From an uncultured Phycisphaerales bacterium (GTDB lineage: Bacteria; Planctomycetota; Phycisphaerae; Sedimentisphaerales; Anaerobacaceae): DNA of 64,000 bases. The position numbers and the translations under genes were made by a program. Within the stretch, counting starts at the first letter, position 1. Each line of letters opens with the position of its first letter. Under the pieces are notes generated by a model, which made no database searches, was not told where the DNA came from, and saw only the letters and a program-made list of their open reading frames with translations. This document shows positions 59,559 to 64,000 of the stretch, piece by piece. The stretch covers positions 160,001-224,000 of the forward strand of contig OY970359.1 in the NCBI GenBank assembly GCA_963718665.1, given 5' to 3'.

Positions 59559-59922
59559 GCCATTTGACCCTCAGATTTTGGGTACTGCCAGGAAAATAGC
59601 TGAAAAGTATGAAGTCATTCTGAGTTTTGAGAACAATGAATGGTATGGTAGAGGTCTTGAAATGCCAAATGTATTTGGAGATGGGAAGACGCCCAACGAA
59701 TGTATTCAGAGTACAAAAGAAGGGCTTGTTTCGGCCATCGCGCATCTTCTGGAACTTGGCGAAACCGTCCCAGCGCCATCAAGTGAAGGAAAGCGTACCG
59801 AACAAGTAAATATACGTTTAACTGTCGAAGAAAGAACCATTCTTTGTGCGTCAGCCAAATCAAAAGGATTTCAGGGCCTCGCTGATTTTATCAGAGCTAA
59901 AGCATTAGCTCCTCAATATTAA
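59530..59922 (+). CDS. hicB: HicB-family antitoxin with RHH-like C-terminus
   Basis: LEMPNVFGDGKT..E..GETVPAP, then QVNIRL; overlaps hicA. Confidence 0.88.
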   Translation: MLNKSKKLNKPFDPQILGTARKIAEKYEVILSFENNEWYGRGLEMPNVFGDGKTPNECIQSTKEGLVSAIAHLLELGETVPAPSSEGKRTEQVNIRLTVEERTILCASAKSKGFQGLADFIRAKALAPQY

Positions 59923-60017
59923 AATCCATGATATTCTACTAAGTATAAGATCATGGAAATGAGATCATTTCTTGAGGGTGATGTTCTGAAAATTCTCACA
60001 AGCTAACCTTGCCTTTT

Positions 60018-60434
60018 CTACGCACAAAACAAAACCAAAAGAACACTAATACAAGATGCTATTGCCGCTATCGCTGCCCAAAAACAAGACCATTTAGCCA
60101 ACACACAAGCATTGAACATCTCTTCTGTTTGTAGAACGTAATATATGTTGTGGCAGAGTTCTTTATATATCTCTTCGCAAAGTGCTATGCTTTCACGGAA
60201 TAACCACTCATTAGAAAGATGCTGCTCTGCCGTGGCACACAGCTCGTCGGTTGTTTTCAAGTCCGTTCCAAAATATTTAGTGGCACAAACAACATCCGCC
60301 AAGTTTTGAAGCTGTTTTATTCCATCATACAATTTTATCAGTCGTTCCTTCAATTGCTCTTTGTCTGCTATATTAACATCCTTCTGTATATCAGCAAACT
60401 TTTGTTTGTAATCTTTGATTTCTTTGTTTGTCAT
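60018..60434 (-). CDS. Hypothetical helical protein with C-terminal TM
   Basis: AT-rich ORF ending WAAIAAIASCISVLLVLF. Confidence 0.65.
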   Translation of the reverse strand: MTNKEIKDYKQKFADIQKDVNIADKEQLKERLIKLYDGIKQLQNLADVVCATKYFGTDLKTTDELCATAEQHLSNEWLFRESIALCEEIYKELCHNIYYVLQTEEMFNACVLAKWSCFWAAIAAIASCISVLLVLFCA

Positions 60435-60512
60435 TTTTTCACCTGCCTTTTCTTTTTGGCCTACGGCCTTAACCATTTTGCAACAATGCCAACTGAAGCG
60501 AACTACAGACTC

Positions 60513-61175
60513 CTACCGCGGAGCCATCCAGATGACATTCCCGTTCGGGTCGAACAACAAAAGAGAGGATTCGGGATATGTAAAGACCTTCCCATCCGGT
60601 GTGGTAGTTTGGCTAATACCAAGAGCCGCGCGACCCTTGTCGTTCTTGTCGAACAGGTCCAACACTGGCCCGTCTTTGTCCACAGCCAGACTGGCGCGGA
60701 GTTTTCCATTCTTGTCGTTCAGGCCCAGCATTGACCCCTCTTTGCCCACGGACAGATAGGTGCGGATATTTCCGTTCTCGTCGGATATGCTCAGCCCCGG
60801 TCCGCTTTTGTACACGACCAGACCGATGCGGGTCTTCTCGTTCTCGTCGTTCAGGGACAACCCCGGCCCGTCCTTTGACACACTCAGAACGATGCGGGTC
60901 TTGCCATTCTCGTCGCTCAGGCCCAGCAGCGTTGGCCCGTCCTTCACCACGGCCAGCCCAGCGCGGGTCTTGCCATTCTCGTCCACAAGAATGAACTGCT
61001 TGGCCTTGATGACTTCCTCGCGGCTGGCTACGCCTGCGGTTGTTGTTACTCTTACTATGACTGCGGCCATTGCTACTACCGCCACTAGAACCACAACAGC
61101 CAGCAATAGGCGATTACGGCGCTTCGCACAAGCCAGTTCCTTTTCCATTTTTTCTATTCTTTCCTCAATGGTCAT
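60513..61175 (-). CDS. Membrane-anchored beta-repeat protein
   Basis: Coiled coil plus TM, then about 6 repeats of L.DENGKTR..L.V.KDGP.L; AGGAG RBS. Confidence 0.85.
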   Translation of the reverse strand: MTIEERIEKMEKELACAKRRNRLLLAVVVLVAVVAMAAVIVRVTTTAGVASREEVIKAKQFILVDENGKTRAGLAVVKDGPTLLGLSDENGKTRIVLSVSKDGPGLSLNDENEKTRIGLVVYKSGPGLSISDENGNIRTYLSVGKEGSMLGLNDKNGKLRASLAVDKDGPVLDLFDKNDKGRAALGISQTTTPDGKVFTYPESSLLLFDPNGNVIWMAPR

Positions 61176-61434
61176 TGATATTCTCCTTTCGTTACCCTTC
61201 TGTAGGTTTCTGCCTTTGCATCTTGTATCTTTTGTCCGAAACAAGTTTAAACCCGATTTATTTGAGCAGAATATCAGATATACACGCCACCGGCAAGGCC
61301 AGTGGTTTAAGGTTAAGCATTCCTCGCGAAGGATTTAAGATTTAAAATTTCCGAAGCGGGTTCGTCGCTTCGCTCCGTGTGAGATTTGAGAAATAACAAA
61401 CCCCCACCGCGCGGGGTGGGGGCTAAATCAGAAT

Positions 61435-61463
61435 CTGGATTCCTGCTTTCGCAGGAATGACAG
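61435..61463. repeat. 29-bp palindromic element, identical to 54645-54673 inside nrdJ
   Basis: CTGGATTCCTGCTTTCGCAGGAATGACAG at both sites. Confidence 0.95.
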
Positions 61464-61484
61464 CGGGATTACAATAATCGCAAT

Positions 61485-62819
61485 ATGGATAAATCGAAAT
61501 CAATCAAGGAGCAGATACAAGGGTTTCCGACAGGGCCGGGGTTGTATTTTATGAAAGGGGCCAAGGACGAGGTTCTATATATCGGCAAGGCGAAGAACCT
61601 GCGGTCGCGGGTGGCGAGCTACTTCCAGCCGGGCAGCGATATAATGGAATCGCGCGGGCCAAAAATTGTCGAGATGCTCAACAAGGTCGAAACGGTAGAT
61701 TACATCGAGACGGAAACCGAAGTTGACGCGATGCTCAAGGAGGCGCGGCTGATAAAGGACATCCAGCCAGCGTATAATTCCGACCTGCTTGACGACAAGA
61801 CGTTTCCGTATTTAGAGATTACGACGGGCGATGATTTTGCGGGCGTTTATATAACGCGTAAGCCACGGGCGAAGGGGAATCGCCTCTTTGGGCCGTTTGC
61901 CAGCGCGAAGGATTTGCGGGCGGTATTCGTCGAGCTGCAAAAGATATTCAAATTCAGGAGCTGCACGCTGGATATACGGGCGGACGATGAGAAGCGGCGA
62001 TTTTTCAGACCCTGTATATTACACAGCATAAACCAGTGCGTCGCTCCCTGCGGGGCGAGAATCGAGAAGGCGGAATATAAAACGATTATCCGCGATTTGA
62101 TTAAATTCCTGCAATCGAAACGGGCGACGGCGCTGAGGCAGCTTAAAAAAGAAATGGAAGAGGCGTCGGCGAAGATGGATTACGAAAAGGCGGGGATGCT
62201 GCGCGACCGGATTCGGCTGATTGGAAAATTGGACGAGCGAGGTGAGCCGGAAGAGGACGTTCAGCCGGAGGTGTTCGCGGCGGAACCGACCGAGGCATTA
62301 GTGAAACTGCAAAAGATTTTAGACAGCCCAAACCCCGTGCGAATCATCGAGGGAATCGATATCGCCAACATTGGGGGCAAAGAGGCGGTGGGGTCATTAG
62401 TGAAATTTATCGACGGCAGACCTTTTAAGGCGGGGTATCGGCGATTCAAAATCAAGACGGTCGAGGGAAGCGATGATTACGCGATGATTGCGGAGGTTGT
62501 CAGACGCAGATACAAATATGCGCTGGCGGGTGAGGAGCTTTGGCCAGACCTTATCCTCATTGATGGCGGACTCGGCCAACTACACGCCGCTGAAAATGCC
62601 CTTCAACAAATCACCAATCAGAAATCAGCCATCAGCAATGTCAAACTGGCCAGCATAGCGAAACGAGAAGAGGAGCTTTATTTGCAGGAAAGTAAAAGGC
62701 CTTTGAAGCTGCCGAGGAATTCGTCCGCGTTGAAGCTGCTGCAATACGTCCGCGACGAGGCGCATCGGTTCGCGCAGCATTATCATCATCTCCTCAGGAG
62801 TAAAAAACTCCTAGAATGA
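61485..62819 (+). CDS. uvrC: Excinuclease ABC subunit C (short form)
   Basis: GIY-YIG (PGLYFM..LYIGKAKNLRSRV), UVR coiled coil, RIIEGIDIA, DDYAM, LIDGG.GQL, RDEAHRFA; no C-terminal HhH. Confidence 0.92.
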   Translation: MDKSKSIKEQIQGFPTGPGLYFMKGAKDEVLYIGKAKNLRSRVASYFQPGSDIMESRGPKIVEMLNKVETVDYIETETEVDAMLKEARLIKDIQPAYNSDLLDDKTFPYLEITTGDDFAGVYITRKPRAKGNRLFGPFASAKDLRAVFVELQKIFKFRSCTLDIRADDEKRRFFRPCILHSINQCVAPCGARIEKAEYKTIIRDLIKFLQSKRATALRQLKKEMEEASAKMDYEKAGMLRDRIRLIGKLDERGEPEEDVQPEVFAAEPTEALVKLQKILDSPNPVRIIEGIDIANIGGKEAVGSLVKFIDGRPFKAGYRRFKIKTVEGSDDYAMIAEVVRRRYKYALAGEELWPDLILIDGGLGQLHAAENALQQITNQKSAISNVKLASIAKREEELYLQESKRPLKLPRNSSALKLLQYVRDEAHRFAQHYHHLLRSKKLLE

Positions 62820-62826
62820 TTATAAG

Positions 62827-63747
62827 TTACACAAACCAGGAGGCGAGGCGCATCAGGAGGCGTTTGAGGAACGGTTTGGTATAAGAAGTGGCGATGAGGG
62901 TTTGTCTGATTGCGTCCGAGGAGCCGGGGCCGAAGCCGGTCAGAATTGTGTTGGCGACGTTGGCGGATTCGTTGATTTGGAATTCGTAGCCGCGGATTAC
63001 GGCGACGGGGATTCCTTCGCCGGTCTGGCCGAAGACGAGCGCGGAGGCGGAGCACAATTCGTGGCCGATTAAATCCATACCGCCGAATTTCGGTTTGTCG
63101 AAGATGTCTTTGTGACCGAATAGTTTCGAGACGGGGTTGATGCCGGAGGAGCCGACGGCAAAATCCATTGTGCCGAAGGGAATCATTTCGGTATCGGCGA
63201 GAATTACGGCCAATTTTTTGCCTGTTAATTTCTGAAGTTCTTCACGGATGTCTTTTGCGGCCTGGTCGGGGTCTTCGGGAAGCAAACTGACGACGCCTTT
63301 TTCGTGGTTCGAGCCGTCGATACCTGCGTCGCAGGTATGTAATCGGCTGTCTTTGCCCATAGTGATGCAAAGGGCCTGTTCGTGCTCGACAAGCTCGTTT
63401 GTTACCGCTGCGTTCTCAGAAGAACCGAAGATGTGCTTTTTGATAACGCCCCTGAGGGGCATAATCGCGAGGATTTCGTTATCCTCGTCGAAAATCATCT
63501 GAAGCCACTGTGCGTCCTTGCCGGTTTTTTTTGAGATGAAGAGCGCCTTTTCGCCGGGGACAACGTCGGCCATCCGTCTTATCCGGCCCTGGGCCTTGGA
63601 GACGATTTTGCTCGTGAGGACAACAATATCGTTTTTCTGCAGGCCGCCGATTTCCTGTTCAGCACAGGAACGAATTATTTCGGCGAGGTTGTCGCCCTGC
63701 CTGATTTTGGGGATTGTCCCGAGGCCGAATACTTCTATTTTTTTCAT
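62827..63747 (-). CDS. Coenzyme F420-0:glutamate ligase (CofE)-family protein
   Basis: IRQGDNLA, DIVVLTSKIVSKAQGR, AGIDGSN, LLPEDPD, VILADT, GQTGEGIPVAVIRG. Confidence 0.82.
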   Translation of the reverse strand: MKKIEVFGLGTIPKIRQGDNLAEIIRSCAEQEIGGLQKNDIVVLTSKIVSKAQGRIRRMADVVPGEKALFISKKTGKDAQWLQMIFDEDNEILAIMPLRGVIKKHIFGSSENAAVTNELVEHEQALCITMGKDSRLHTCDAGIDGSNHEKGVVSLLPEDPDQAAKDIREELQKLTGKKLAVILADTEMIPFGTMDFAVGSSGINPVSKLFGHKDIFDKPKFGGMDLIGHELCSASALVFGQTGEGIPVAVIRGYEFQINESANVANTILTGFGPGSSDAIRQTLIATSYTKPFLKRLLMRLASWFV

Positions 63748-63749
63748 AG

Positions 63750-64000
63750 TCAATCCTCTCTGATTCCGGCAGCCGTTATACCTTTTTTCGTCAGACCGGT
63801 TATACGTATGTCGTCGCGGATGAGTTTTATTTCCGCACGGCACAATCGTAAATTATTTATCGCCCACGAGATGCCCGCGTCGCCTTTGGCGTCCAGTATT
63901 TTTGGCGCGACGTATATGACGATTTCATCGGCAAGTTTAGCTTTCAGGAATGAGCTGATGACAATCGGGCCTCCTTCGACAAGCAGATGCCGGACGCCGC
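63750..64000 (-). CDS. ribD: RibD reductase C-terminus (partial, 5' end beyond window)
   Basis: GVRHLLVEGGPIVISSFLKAKLADEIVIYVAPKIL. Only the last 82 aa are visible, so a RibD-like paralogue is possible. Confidence 0.75.
   Translation of the reverse strand, partial: GVRHLLVEGGPIVISSFLKAKLADEIVIYVAPKILDAKGDAGISWAINNLRLCRAEIKLIRDDIRITGLTKKGITAAGIRED

Noticed and set aside
53676..60010. Integron cassette array (GTTAGCT cores near 53680 and 60003)
   Set aside because: No paired RYYYAAC/GTTRRRY attC hairpins and no integrase were seen.

Overview
Mostly housekeeping chromosome. Gene content and protein style suggest an anaerobic Planctomycetota bacterium, probably Phycisphaerae/Sedimentisphaerales-like (inference, no rRNA marker present). 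Core content: partial polX, tRNA-Cys, lpdA, a split fatty-acid/phospholipid cluster, hemL, a lipid A acyltransferase, a type IV pilus cluster with two pilins next to a PP2C/STAS partner-switch pair, argS/argJ/argC, rplM-rpsI, class II nrdJ with NrdR boxes, hicAB, uvrC, a cofE-like gene and partial ribD. The most unusual element is a ~2 kb module (49.76-51.78 kb) combining a REP-associated tyrosine transposase, a convergent HNH-AP2 endonuclease and many palindromic REP-like elements, including a perfect 60-bp tandem array. Other palindromic repeats sit in frame inside argS, nrdJ and an MFS gene. Degenerate heptamer tracts follow many stop codons. Manual reading also found features missing from the ORF track: two promoter-plus-terminator sRNA candidates, a 27-aa basic peptide, a 40-aa Cys-rich peptide and a 43-aa ParA stub. 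Two AT-rich defence-like singleton genes (cyclase-like and TIR-like) share a 13-nt upstream motif. Four single-base frameshifts at or near short homopolymers look like assembly errors. All calls come from motif recognition by eye; no database searches were run.
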